The notes: generated by a model from the sequence alone, not told the origin. A DNA stretch of 64,000 nt from Mobula hypostoma (GCF_963921235.1 NC_086105.1:7378001-7442000); one strand, 5' to 3'; positions 12,101 through 27,100 are shown, numbered from the stretch's first letter. Made by a program: numbers and translations.

Positions 12101-15100
12101 AATGACCCCCACTACCTCTTCGGACTCCGGGCACATTTCCTCTTTAATCCCTGGTCACTTTTACCATCGCTTTAGTCATTTTCCTATTCTTCATGTACGT
12201 GTAGAATGCCCTGAGGTTTTCCTTATTCCTATAACCAAGGCCTTCTCGTGTCACCGTACTAGCTCTCCTAAGTCCATTCTTCAGCCCCTTCCTGGCTTCA
12301 TTGTAACTCTCTACAACCCTGTCTGATCCTTGCTTCCTAAACCTTCATCGTGCTTCTTTCTTTTGATTAGATGTTCAACATCGCTTGTCAACCATGTTTC
12401 CTTCACCCTACTATCCTTACCCTGCCCCAATGGGACTAAACTTTCCAGAACCCCATGCAAGTGCTCCCTAAACATTCTCCACATTTCTATTGTGCAATTG
12501 CCTGAGTACGTCTGTTACCACTACATTTTCCTGAGTTCCCACAAAAATAGCATTATAATTCACCCTCCACTAATTGAATACTTTCCCATACCATCTGCTC
12601 CTGTCCCTGGCCAAGGATGTGGTAAAGGTCAGGGAATTGTCATAGGCTATGGTAAAGGTCAGGGAGTTGTGGTCAGTCTGTTAAGGATCAATGAGGAAAT
12701 GGCTGAAAAATTACCTACAGATTGAATAGACTTTTAAAGTAATCTTACCAATAGTTTATGTCTAACTGAGAGTTTGCATTGATACTGTTACTTATTGATG
12801 GATTTTTGTTGATTTTTAGTTGATAATTATTCAAAAAATCTTAAAAAATGTTTTGATCCTAGGACATATGGTCTAGTAAGAACGCAAACACGAGGAAATC
12901 TGCAGATGCTGGAAATTCAAGCAACACACAGAAAATGCTGGTGAACTCAGCAGACCAGGCAGCATCTATAGGAAGAGGTACTGTTGACGTTTCGGGCCGA
13001 GACCCTTCGTCAGGACTAACTGAAAGAAGAGATAATTTTCTTCTTTCAGTTAGTCCTGACGAAGGGTCTTGGCCCGAAATGTCGACTGTACCTCTTCCTA
13101 TAGATTCTGCCTGGTCTGCTGCGTTCGTCAGCATTTTTTGTGTGTGGTCTGGTAAGAACATTGATTCAAAGTACACTGTGATTATGAATTAGCAAAGATT
13201 TAGAACATAGGTTACTTAAATAATAATATTTCATGACTAATTTGATGTCTAAGTAATCTTCCCTTCCTTCCTGTATTGTTAGACCATCACATCTACAGAA
13301 TGTTTTCCTTCACGAGTATTTTGAAAGCAGCAGTTTTGTAACTTGGGGTTGAGGTAGAATTGCTCAGACTTGAAGTCTTCAGCTTTCTCTTGTGGCAAAG
13401 TATAACATTTAAATTACGGCCATGCTTTCAACATAATGTACATTATTTGTTTCAGTCTTCCTTTGTTGGTGCCATTGCAGTTGGAGACTTGGTTAAAAGT
13501 ACTTTGGGACCAAAAGGCATGGTAAGTTTATCAGCATTTGGGCTTTCTACGAAATTTAAGGAGCTTAATGTAGCTTTTATGTACTTTGTAATTTATAAGT
13601 TTCTTCAGATCATGTACTTTAAATTACTATTATTACTAGATTAATAACAAACTGGAGATTATTGGAGATATGATGCTGTTTTGATTGTTCCATAACAAGC
13701 TTTTGTGCTGAAAGATAAATATTTGTTCTAGGATAAGATACTGTTGAGTGGGGGAAGGGACAGTTCTGTGACAGTGACCAACGATGGAGCAACAATTCTT
13801 AAATCCATTGGTGTTGATAACCCAGCTGCTCGAATTCTGGTTGGTGAGTAGGTCCTTTTTCACATAAAGTTTAAACAAACCTTAAACTTATTCTTAGAGG
13901 TGATTTTTATAGATCATTTACATAGTTCTGTTCAGCTGTCTTTGCATTTTTTTCTTTGAATAAAATGAATTAATCAGGTTTATTATCTGACATACGTTAT
14001 CTCATGAAATTTGTTTTGTGACAGTAGTAGAATGCTAGATGTAAAAATATTGCCATGTTACAATAAATAGTGCAAAAGAGGAATGATGAAGTAGTGTTCA
14101 TGGATTGTTCAGAAATCTGATGAAAAGGAGAAGAAGCTGTTGTTAGACATTGAGTACATCTTCAGTATCCTGTACCTCCTCCCTAGCGGTAGGTATGAAA
14201 AGAGGACATGGCCTAGATGCTGGAGCCATTATGATGGATGCAACCTTCTTAAGCCACTATCTTTTGACGATGTCCTCAATGGTTAAGAGGCTCGTGTCCA
14301 TGATGAAGCTGGCTGAGTCTACGTGCCTTGCAGTCCCTTGTAATCCTGTGCACTTAGAGCCTCCGTAGCAGGCGTTGATGCAGAATTCTGTCCATGGTAC
14401 ATCTGTAGAAACTTGCTAGATAGTTTACCATACCGAATCTCCTCAAACTGCTAATGAAGTATAGCAGGCACACACACAAAGTGTTGGAAGAGCTCGCCAG
14501 GTCAGGCAGCAGCTATGGAAATGAATAAACAGTCGGTGTTTCTGGCCAAGACCCTTTATCGGGACTGGATTTCCAGCATCGGCAGAATTTCTTGTGTTAA
14601 TGAAGTATAGCCACTGACGTGCCACTTTCTTAATTGCATCAATATGTTAGGCCCTAGATAGTGCCTCTGAGATGTTGGCACCCCAGGAACTTGAAGCTGC
14701 TCATCCTTTCTACTGCTGACTTCTCAGTGGAAAACCTATCTGTGTTCTCCTGACTTCCCCTTCCTGAGGTCCACAATCAACTCTTTGGTCTTGCTGATTG
14801 ACTTGAGTGCAAGGTTGTTGTTGAGACACCACTCAATCAGTCGGTCTATCTCTCTTCTCTACTCCTCATCACCATCTAACATTCTGCCAACAATAGTAGT
14901 GTCAACTTTATAGATGGCCATTTCAGCTGTCCCTAGCAACACAGTCATTCCTGTAAAGAGAGTAAAGCAGTGGGCTAAGCACTCATCCTTGAAGTGCACC
15001 TGTGCTGATTGTCAGTGAGGAGGAGATTTTGTTTGCTAGTTTTAAAGTTTCCGCAGCCTATATGCTTTGCCAGTATATGCAAAACAGATTTGAGTGGTTT

Positions 15101-18100
15101 CTTCAAGAAATTTTGTCAAGTTCTATTTTGAAGTAGTGACATAATCAAGAACACTGCAAAGTAATTAGCCTCAGTGCAGAATATACACTTTTGGGACAGC
15201 ATATGGTATTTCAGGGATTCAGTGTTCAGAATATTGTGTGAAATCAATAATTGATTCTACCAGATATGTAACTTTTTGTGTCGTGGATTGGGCGATATCT
15301 GCTGGGAGAGAAAAACAACAGTTATGGTAATTTTGCTGCTTGTTTATTTTTTGAGAATAATTCTCTGATTGACATATGCTGTCACCAATAGAGCTCTCAA
15401 AGGTACAAGATGAGGAAGTTGGAGATGGAACAACATCTGTGACAGTATTGGCAGCTGAGCTATTGAGAGTAAGTGGCATTCTTTCAGTTTGTGTAGTTGC
15501 AAATGTTACTCAAACATAGGGAAGAAGCATGGATTTTTCCCCCCGTGCATTTACATTTACCCTTGTATCAGCTTACGTTCTTGGGGGAAGGTGCAAGTCC
15601 AAACTTCAAGTTGGATCAACTGAATTTTAAAACTCAAAGTCATCTAGGAATTCTCCGCCAGTTGCAGAGTACTAAGGGAAGTATTAATTAATTTAGATTT
15701 AAACCCATGCAATTTTTGAATCTTTTGTGTATTTTTAAATTCAGTTGATACATTATGACACGGTAGTGTAGCGGTTAGCAAAATGGTTTACATTACCAAC
15801 TGAGGGATTGGGGTTCAATTCCTGCAACTGTCTAAAGAGTTTGTGCCTTCTCCTCTGACTGCGTGTGTTTCCACCAGGTGCTCCAGCTTCCTCCCACATT
15901 CCAAAGATGTACGAGTTACATTTTATGAGTTGTGGGCATTCTACGCTAGCACCAGAAGCGTGATGACACTTGCCGGCTGCCCCCAGCACAATTCAGACTG
16001 TTGCTCATTAATGCAAAACAATGCATTTAATTGTATGTTTCAATGTACATGTGACAAATAAAGCTAATCTATAAATAGTTCATGAATGTTTTTGCATGGC
16101 TTCAGCAGCCAACTGTTCCAGGGCAGAGGTTGAACAAGCTATTAATTTTTTTAGGTGTTCTGTGACCAGTTGATATCATTATATTGTAGAAGAACCTGTA
16201 GTTGTGCAGGTCTTTTTACATGGGATGGAATAGGCTTCTCCCTGCTCATTTCAGGGACACCTCTTGGTGGCTTAATTGCTAGTGATTCTGTACAATTTTG
16301 CTTAACTTTGTTTATCCCAGGTGGGAAGGGGAATGAATGTTCTGTTCTTGATATTAGGAGCATGACAAATTATTTTTGTGCCAAATGTTGAATATAGGTA
16401 AATTCTATAAATATCAACACATAATGTTACTTTTTTATGATACTTGTCACACTATACATAAAATATCATTAAATCTTTGAGGTTATTGTATTTTTAAAAT
16501 GGAGTTGCTAAAACAACACAAGTTATCTACCTTCAGCACTTTGAGATAAAGGAACAGAATATTTTGCATAATGAACATAGAGCTGGCATCTAAAGTAATT
16601 AAAAATATACTGTAATAATTTTGAGATAACGATTCATTTTTGCTATCATATTTGAGTATAATGATCATTGTACACAGTCTATATTTTGTGTCTTGTTATG
16701 GTGTTTGCTAACCATTGTTGATGGAGGTTATTTTGATTTTCAGGAAGCAGAATTGCTTATTGCAAGAAAACTTCATCCTCAGACAATCATTGCAGGCTGG
16801 AGGAAAGCAACCCAAGCAGCAAGAGAAGCCTTGAAAAAGGCAGCAGTGGATCATGGGTAAGTTTATTTTGCATTTTTGTGTTTTTTATGAAAAACTATTT
16901 GAGTCATCTTCAGATTCAACATGGTATATGCTATTGGCTGAAATTGTCTTGGATCTTCAGGCCAGGTATGTCAGGTTTGAGATTTTGGAATTCATTGAAG
17001 AATACTTGCTTCAGAAATTATGTCCAGGCCTTTATAAGTTGTAAATGTGTAAAATAATATAAGACCAATTTCGGACTTCTTGGACTGTGCATGGAGAATT
17101 CTTAGCTAGTTCTTATTTTTCAAAAAAATTGGTCAAATCAAACTGCCCATAATTAGCATAAATTCTTCATAAACGGGGATTGATTTGTTATCGACTGCAT
17201 TGTAATTAACTATTTTGGCTCCACTATCTCAAGTAGAATATTTGGCCTCAGATAAACTGAACTGTAGGTGTTTTTTTTTCAGCTGGTTCACTTGATACAA
17301 TACTCCATACAGATCAGTAGCATGGTGTAGTTTGTGTGTGCATTTGTATATGGGACAAATGTCAAGTGCTTTTTCAACCGTCTAGGTTGATTTTGTAGTT
17401 AATTCAGAAGTGGAATTGCGTTTCTGCTGTAATGAATCCTCCTGGAATTGTGTCCTCGGTGTGAGCAGGAGCAGTTTGAGTTCTTGCATTATTACGTTGA
17501 TATTAATTAAGTTCTGGTCATGCATATTTAAGCCAGAGAGACTTAACTATGAAGAAAGGAAGATAACCATTGGCTTAAAAGAGGGGGAAAAATTGTATTT
17601 ATATACCTATTGCTTGAACTTGAATATTCTAATACTCATGAATAGTGACCTAGTTTAAGTCACAAAGGAACACTGTATTTAATAATGGAATTAAGTTAAA
17701 ATATATTAAAAAGTGTGGACTAAAATGGGAAGGAAATTGAGTAGTTCTGCTTCAAATGATGGCTGGTAAGAATTAAAATGTGCTCTTCTGGCGTGACTCC
17801 TGATGAAGTAATCTAAAGGAAAGCATGTTGTGCAGAAGGAGCAACTCCAGGTCTGGGACCTTATTGTAGGCCATGAGTTTGTACAAAAAAGCAGTTACAC
17901 AATAAAGAAATAAAAAACGATTGATGTAATTAGAAGATAATATTAATGCATTTGATTCCAATAAGTCTATTTGGGAGTGACCCAAATCTTGTAAATACAC
18001 ATACGACATTTTGATGTATTATGTTAGGAATTGCAAATCTCAACGGTGTCTCTTTATAGAATGTAGTGCCAAGTTTTAGTATACTGAATTAGATCATTCA

Positions 18101-21100
18101 GCCTACTCTGCCCGTGATAAATATTTATCACAGCAAAGGTGAAGAATTTTTAACCATATTCAGCCAGAAATACCTTGTGGATAATCTATCTTAAGGTACT
18201 GTTGATTGTTTCCACCACTGCAGAAACCAGTCTTCGGCTAATTTACTTGGTGGCACATGATAACTAGAAATGGCTAAGGACATTGGATATAGTAAAGGCT
18301 GTCAGTCCAGATAGCATCCTGACTGTAGTCCAAATCTAGTCACAGCCTCAGTCAAACTATTTTGGTCTATTTACGGTACCAACACCTGTTTGACCTTTTA
18401 GTAAGTTCTCCAGATGTGTCCTGTTCACAAAGAGCAGGACAAAATCAACTGAGGGGAGTGGACCATAAGACCTAGGAGCCACTCAACTCATTGAATCTGC
18501 TCCACCATTCCGTCATGGCTAATTTATTATTTCTGTCAACCCCATTCTCCCAACTTCTTCACGTAACCTTTGACACCTGATTAATCAAGAACCTATCAAC
18601 CGCTGCCTTATGTATACTCAATAACTTAGCCTGCACAGTTGTCTGTGGCAAAGAATTCCACAGATTCACCACCCTTTGGCTAAAGATATTTTTCCTCTCT
18701 GAATGGACACCTGTCAATTCTCAGGCTATGTCCTCTGGTCCTAGACTCCCCCACCATAGAAGGCATCCTCTCCATATCCACTCTGTCCGGACCTTTCAAA
18801 ATTTGGAAGGTTTCAATGAAATCTCCCCTCACTCTTCTATACTCCAGTGAGTATAGGCCCAGAGCCATCAAGTGCACCACACATTAACCCTTTGATTGCT
18901 GGAATCGTTCTTGTGAACCTCCACTGGACTATCTCCAATGGCAGCACATCCTTAGATAACAGACCCAAAACTGCTCACAATACTCCAAGTGCAATTTGAC
19001 CAATGCCTAATAAAATGTCAGCATTTTATCCTTGCTTTTGTATTCTAGTCCTCTCAAAATGAATGTTAATATTGCATTTGCCTGCAATATCACCAACTCA
19101 ACCTGCAAGTTAACCTTTAGGGAATCCTGCAGAAAGCCTCCCAAGTCCCTTTGCCTGATCAATCTTTTCTCAATCTCTAGTGTAGTGCTGGATGTTGCAG
19201 GCAACATTACTGAGAAGTGCAACTTCTCCAGTAAGCTGCATGCCGCTGTTTACTGATCAGAGGCGTGGTTCAAATAGGGATTTAATTGCTGATTTGAGAG
19301 TGGCTGTTCTTGACATTAAGACAGAATTGACTGAGTATGCTATCGGAGGACTCAGGTAAAATAGAGGTCAGTGGGCATCTAGGGGAAAGAACTGCAATAT
19401 TTAGAGAAATACTCTTCATAAAAAAAAGTGTTGGTTGTTGAAGTCCTTGATAACATCTGCTGGACTCCTGGCTCAACCATATTCAGCTGCTGCTTTAATG
19501 GCTCTGTTGCCTTATGTATTCACTGATTTCACAGTATTCCATTCTATTCACAAATACAACATTTATGACCTGGAAAACATCTCGATATTTGTAGGTGGCA
19601 AGTAATATTTGAACCCTAAAACAGGCTAACCACCTACCACGTGGTATTACTGTTAATACCCTGTGGGACAAAAGCTCAACTGAACTAATAAGCCGGCTAA
19701 AAGAACAGGTCAAAATGTGAATATTCTGCAGCATGTGATTCACCAGATATCTTCAAATCTTTCCATATTTAATTGTAAGCTTATGCTTGCCAGGAGTAGT
19801 GTAGCTCCAACACCACTAAAGTTTGACACTGTCCTGGTCAAAGCAGCTCACCAGAATGGTATTCTGCCCATTAGCCTAAACATTAATTTCCTGCATCTTT
19901 GTTGCATCAGTCTCATCGTTGTACAAACGTGTGCAAAAAATATTTAGTTCATTCATCTGCTACTCCACATTGGACTCCCTTTTTATCATTGTGTATTCTA
20001 ATATAGGCTTATCCTTTATTCCATGTTTGTTTACATATTCTTTTTGGAATTGCTGACTTAGTCTTAGTCCTAGTCCTGTGTTTGTATGCAATTCTAAAAG
20101 TTAATAACAGCTGCCTCTCTCTCTAATATCAGGGATGATGATGCAAAGTTCTATCAGGACCTAATGAATATTGCCAGAACCACACTGTCATCCAAGCTAC
20201 TGACACATCATAAAAATCACTTTGCTCGTTTGGCAGTGGACGCTGTGATGAGACTGAAGGGTTCTGGTAACCTTGAAGCAATTCATGTAATCAAGAAACT
20301 TGGAGGAAGCTTAATTGATTCCTATTTGGATGAAGGTAAAATAAAAGAATGTTACAAACTTGGATTCAGATTTTGAACTCTCCAAATCTATAAAATAATG
20401 CATGAAATTCAAAGGTACATTTAATGTCAGAGAAATGTGTACAATATACGTCCTGAAATGCTTTTTCTTCGCAACCATCCATGAAAACAGAGGAGTGCCC
20501 CAAAGAATGAATGACAAATGTTAGAATCCCAAAGTACCCCTCCCCAGCTCACCCCCTCCCCACCAGCGCAAAAAAAAGGCATCAGCTCCCACCACCGAGC
20601 ACTCAAGCATGCAGCAAAGACACAGACTTACAGTACCCCCAAAGACTACTCGTTCACATGGTATTCAGAATACCACAGGCTCTCTCTCTCTCTCTCTCCC
20701 TGCCTCCCTCCCCCTGATAAGGGAGAAAAAGGTGTCTCAGTTTCACAGTGAGAGGGAAGACATAACAAACAACTGGCTTATTTACAATGTTAAAAGTCTG
20801 TTGCGTTGCTTTTTCCGAGCTCTCTGCCCAAAGATCTTGGGTCTCTGGGCACACAGCCAGAGATCTTCCATCTCCCACGGGACACCGACCTTTGGTCCGC
20901 CTGTCTCCAAAGCCATGAGATCCTGGACCTCCAAACGCCAACTGAATTCTTAGGCTGCATCCTTGGCATATTGAATAACGACCAGTCATGAAACCTCAAG
21001 AGTGGGTCCCATTCCCGCAAAGAACTGAAGTCATCACTTAACTTCAGGTCAGGGTCTTCGAAAGAACCCTGAAATGAAAAAATAGAGATATTAAAGACGG

Positions 21101-24100
21101 AAATAGAGCTGTTTCTGAAGATGCAAGCAAAGGAGACGCCGTTAGGCACCATTGTCTCCTTCACTCCTCCTGTGGTTGCACTAAGTTATTAAAATAGTTT
21201 TCAGTGTGCAACTCTGGATGCAGTTCACTTTTGAAATTTTTCATCCTCAGTTATAGAATATATGATGTTAGACACATCTCAAGGGTTTCTTGAGATAATG
21301 CTAATTTTGTTTCTAACTAATAAAAACCACATGATTATTGGTATATGCACATGTCATAGATATACATAGAAACATAGCACATTACAGGCCTTTCAGCCCA
21401 CGATGTTGTGCCCAGCGAACATTTTAATGCACTTCCTCCAAAGTCAGTATATTCTCTCATCCCTTTCAGACTACATAATATTCTTTCTCCCAAGCTATTT
21501 TAGTTTGGTAGTTAGAATTCATATGAATTATTTAAAACCAGAGCTTTGTTTTAGATTTAAATGATGCATTATATGCAGTACTGAGCTTTGTGATGGAATA
21601 TTTATAACTATTTACACAAATGAGGGATCTTCTTGCCATATTAGAGTTTAGAAAGTTAAAAGTCTCTTATTTCAGTCTGTTCAAATTTTTGAGTGTTTTC
21701 AATTGCTGACTGATTTGATTTCTGCTATTTTTGTTGTGTATGTTGCATCCCAGAATGTGAATGAAAGAATTTGATTTTTTATTTTAGAGAATTATATTGA
21801 TTTTCAGAAGTACGTATCAGATCATTCTGAAGGTTTAGTAATTGACTTGAAATATATTTAAATCTTTAAATGTGTGAATGCCTTCTTGCAGGTTTTCTTT
21901 TGGATAAGAAAATTGGTGTTAACCAACCAAAGAGAATTGAAAATGCAAAAATTTTGATTGCAAACACGAGTATGGATACAGACAAAATTAAGGTACGTGA
22001 AAAGAGATTTATTTTCTATGGCCTTGTGAAACTGCTTCTAGCAGGCATCACTAGTACCTAGATTTCCAGAATTTACCTCTATCATGTTGCCTCTTTTAAC
22101 AGATATTTGGTTCACGTGTGAGGGTAGATTCTACAGCAAAAGTTGCCGAGGTTGAACTGGCTGAAAAGGAAAAAATGAAAGAGAAAGTGGATCTAATCCT
22201 GAAACATGGAATTAACTGTTTTATCAACAGGTAGTTTTATTTTGGAGCAAAAACCATTTTATAAATCTTTGTGGATTTTTTTCCATCAAGTGCAATGGAA
22301 ACATCTGTATGTGAGCATACTAAACATTTATGTTGCAGGCAGCTCATTTATAATTACCCCGAGCAGTTATTTGGTGCTGCAAGTGTTATGGCTATTGAGC
22401 ATGCTGACTTTTGTGGAATTGAAAGACTTGCACTTGTAACTGGTAAGTCAAAAATAATTTGTTAGAGCAAACTTACTATGAGTTGGGATGCAGGAATTGA
22501 AAGAACTGATTGTTCCAAAAGATTAGCATCTGAGTAATATGATAAACCTGTCAGAACTCACCTGTGTAACATTAGCAGCAACTGTTGGTGTCTAGGCATG
22601 TGCAGTAAGGCACAAAAATCCAGAAGTTGCTATCGCTGGTCCACTGTTCCACCAGGTATGTGATAAGGTGTTCACTGGTAGTCTTTTGACATGATCTTTA
22701 ACTTGTTATCAATGGTAAAAGAAACAGCAATTGGTTACGTGGTGTTCTTTGTTTGTTCAGAAGCACAGATTTTTTTTTGTCACAGTCTTTATTTTGTGTT
22801 CGATAGCTGAAAGTGTTATTTTTGATCTCCTTATCTAAGGTTGATCATGCTACCTCTTAGGATAGAGAAAGTAAGACCATTTCAAGGCGTTCATTAAATC
22901 TTTTCATTACATTGCTAGGTGCATTTCTTCATTGCTGCAAAATAGCAGCCATTTGAGATTACCTGAATTTAATGATCCTGGATTTTAAAAAAAAATTTAA
23001 AACATGTCCATTTTCAGACGTGAAAATTTGGTTCGGCTTAATGAACTTACTGTGATTAATTTCAGGTGGTGAAATAGCTTCCACCTTTGATCATCCTGAA
23101 TTGGTTAAGCTGGGCCACTGTAAAGTTATTGAAGAGATCATGATTGGTGAGGACAAGCTGCTGCACTTTTCTGGAGTGGAGCTAGGTAAGTAATTTTGCT
23201 TGTTCTAATTCAGTCCATTTTGCTTGTGTTAATGCAATACTTTAGATAGCTCAAGAGTAAATGTCCTGCTTTGTTTCTTGCAAAATTCTTGATAAATTTG
23301 ACAAACTGGAAAGTCGAACTACACGACTCTGTAATGTTCCACTCTGTAGGTGAGGCATGTACCATTGTTCTTCGAGGAGCCACTCAGCAGATTCTTGATG
23401 AGGCTGAACGATCTTTGCACGATGCCCTCTGTGTGCTAGCACAGACGATAAAAGAGACTAGAACTGTTTATGGTGGAGGTAAATGTTTCCCTTTTTTTGG
23501 AGGACTTTGAATCACTTGTTTTAGGTTTGGATAAACCAGTGGAGATGTGATCTTGCCTACATTGATACATTGGATAGTTTGAATATACATTTGCAAGAAA
23601 AGGTTTGTGAACCCTTTGCAAATACCTGGTTTTCTGCTTTAATTACAGAATCAGAAACAGGTTTATTATCACTGGCATGTGTTGTGAAATTTGTTAACTT
23701 AGCAGCAGTTCAATGCAATACATAATATAGAAGAAAATAAATCAATTACAGTATACGTGTAAATTAAAAATCGTGTAAAAACAGAAATAGTATATATTAA
23801 AAAGGTGAGTTGGTGTTCACAGGTTCAATGTCCATTTAGGAATCAGATGGCAGAGAGGAAGAAGCTGTTCCTGAATCGCTGAGTGTATATCTTCAGGCTT
23901 CTGTACCTCATACTTGATGGTAATGGTGAGAAAAGGGCATGCTCTGGGTGCTGGAGGTCCTTAATGATGGACGCTGCCTTTCTGAGACACCGCTCCTTGG
24001 AGATGTCCTAGGTACTTTGTAGGCTAGTACCCAAGATGGAGCCAACTAAATTTACGACCCTCTGCAGCTTCTTTCAGTCCTGTGCAGTAGCCCCCTCCCA

Positions 24101-27100
24101 TACTAACAATGATGCAGCCTGTCAGAATGCTGTCCACAGTACATCTATAGAAGTTTTTGAGTGTTTTTGTTGACATAGCAAATCGCTTCAAACTCCTAAT
24201 GAAGTACAGTTGCTGTCTTGCTTTCTTTATAGCTGCATCGCTATGTTGGGACCAGGTTAGGTCCTCAAAGATCTTGACACCCAGGAACTTGAAGCTGCTC
24301 ACTCTCTCCACTTCTGATCCCTCTATGAGGATTGGTATGTGTTCCTTCGTCTCATCCTTCCTGAAGTCCACAATCAGCTCTTTCGCCTTCCTGACATTGA
24401 ATGCCAGGTTGTTGCTGCAGCACCTCTCCACTAGTTGATACATCTCATTCCTCTATGCCCCCTCGACTCCACCTGAGATTCTACCAACAATGGTTGTATC
24501 ATCAGCAAACTTATAGGTGGTATTTGAGCTATGCCTAGCCACACAGTCATGGGTATACAGAGAGTAGAGCAGTGGGCCAAGCACACACCCCTGAGGTGCA
24601 CCAGTGTTGATTGTCAGCGAGGAGGAGATATTATCATCAATCCACACAGGTTGTGGTCTTCCAGTTAGGAAGTCGAGGATCCAATTGCAGAGGGAGGTAC
24701 AGAGTCCCAGGTTCTGTAACTTATCAATCAGGATTGTGGGAATGTGAAAGACGGCATCCTGACATAGGTGTTTGTATTGTCCAGGTGGTCTAAGGCCGAG
24801 TGAAGAGCCATTAAGATTGTGTCTGCCATTGACCTATTGTGGTGTTAAGCAGACTGCAGTGGGTCCAGGTCCCTGATGAACCAGAAGTTCAGTCTAGTCT
24901 GAACCAACCTCTCAAAGCATTTCATACTCAAAATGTGGTCTGATCTTCATCTAAGTCTCAATAATAGACAAACACAATCTGCCTAAGCTAATAACTCACA
25001 AACAATTGTACTTTGCTTGTCTTGATTGAACACATTGTTTTTTCATTCACAGTCCAGGCTGGAGAAAGTATGTGAACCCTTATACTTAATAACTGGTAGG
25101 GCCTTCTTTAGCAGCAATAACCTCCAAAGGTTTCCTGCAGCTGCTGATCAGACTTGTACAATGCGAGGAGGAATTTTTAGACCATTCTCCATATAAAACT
25201 GTTTCAGTTCACCAATATTTCTGGGATACCTTGCATGAACAGCCCTCTTCAGGTCATACCACAGCATCTCAATCGGGTTAAGATCTAAACTCTGATTTGG
25301 CCATTCCAAAACACACATTTTCTTCTTTTTAAACCATTCTGTTGTTGATTTACTCTTGTTTTCCAGATTATTATTGTCGTCTTGCATTATCCAACTTCTA
25401 TTAAGCTTCAGGTGATGGACCACTATCCTGTAAAATGTCTTAATACAATTTGTAATTAATTGTTCCCTTAATGATTGCAAGCTGTCCAGACCGTGAGGCA
25501 GCAAAGCATCCTCAAACCATGATACCCGTTCCATCATGTTTCACAGTTGGGATGAGGTTTTGGTCTTGATGTGCAGTACCCTTTTCCCTCCAAACATTTC
25601 TATCAAAAACTTTTCTCTCATCTGCCCATAGAACATTGTCCCAGAGGTGTTGGATCATCCAGGTAGTTATTTGCAAATCTGAAACAAGCAGCAATGTTTT
25701 TTTAAGAGCAGCTGTTTCCTGCATGATGTCCTTCAATGAACACCATTCTTGTTCAGCGTTTTTCTTATAGTGGACATATGAACAGAGAATTTAGTGAGTT
25801 CTAGAGACTTTTACAGGTCTTTGCTGTTACCTTCAGCATTGCATGTTGTGCTCTTGGTGTGATCTTTGCAAGACGCCCACTCCTAGGGAGAGTAATTACA
25901 GGTAATTACAATGGCTTCACAAACTTTTTTGTGCAACTGTAACTGAAATCATACATATTTGTACTTTGTAGAAATTGTTAGAGATTTTTGACTATGATGA
26001 AATGTTGCTTGCAATTCAAGATGCGTTGCATTGTTTTTATGTATTTAGATGTGTGCTAATCTCTTTAATTATATGATCAAGTGATATGTGGACATTTTGA
26101 TCTCTTAGTTGATCGTTAGTCCACTTTACGGATAACATGTAGATTTATGTAGACAATGTATTATTAATACACTAGCTAGCCCCCCGTAGAATTATGTACA
26201 ATGGGTAATTTCCCCCCCAACAAAGTAAATCAATTACAAACAACTTTCGGACAGAATTAGTGCATGATGTTACATTTGACAATAACAATAGAAACATGGA
26301 AAACCTACAGCACAATACAGGCCCTTGGGCCCACAAAGTTGTGCCGAACATGTCCCTAATCCTGTAACTGAGTTCTCTTCGTATGAGATCTTCCATTAAT
26401 TATCATAGGTGCCTAGGGAGTTTTTGTATTTTAATTAGATCAATATTCATTCTTATCAACACCTGAGCTTGTGAAAGGACAGCCCTTTTGTCACAGGAAT
26501 TAATTTAGTGAATCTCTTGTACTCCCTCAAATGCCAATATAATGAATTCTGGTTAATTGAGACACATCAGGACCAGTACATTTTGGCCCAGTTAAGGGGC
26601 TGTCCTATTTAGCCAAAGTTTCGTGGAAGTAGTTAAAAGAGTATAAAAATTATATATTTAAATGTGATTCAGAACAAATAAGAATATTACCAATCCTACT
26701 ATAGTACTTTAAAACTGTGTATTTATTTCTAATATTATTGATGGAGCATCCAGTATATGCTGCCATGTTTTTTGATTGACTGTTAATTAATTAAAATCGA
26801 TGCGGACATCTGGTGCAGTTAGCAGTCTGTCTTCATACAATGCTTTCAACGATTGCATCTTACATATCTTTATTTCATTGTAACATTCAAAATGATTGTT
26901 GAATCCTTCAAGTTCTTTGGAATTCCTAACTTGTTGAAATAGTGTGATTGTTTCATTTTTATTCCCAGCCCATTCTGGCATCTCCAAACCTGAATCCTTG
27001 AAACTTCAGTGAGCAAAACAGTTCTGAATTGTCCTAATGCTATTTCTTACCAGCAATCACAGACAAAAATATTTGTTTTTTGAACACAAAAATACACAAC

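Noticed and set aside
17781-17843. Hairpin containing CTGATGA...GAAA in CCT2 intron 6 as a hammerhead or C/D snoRNA
   Set aside because: No stem II between the boxes, no NUH/stem I arrangement, and no suitably placed D box.
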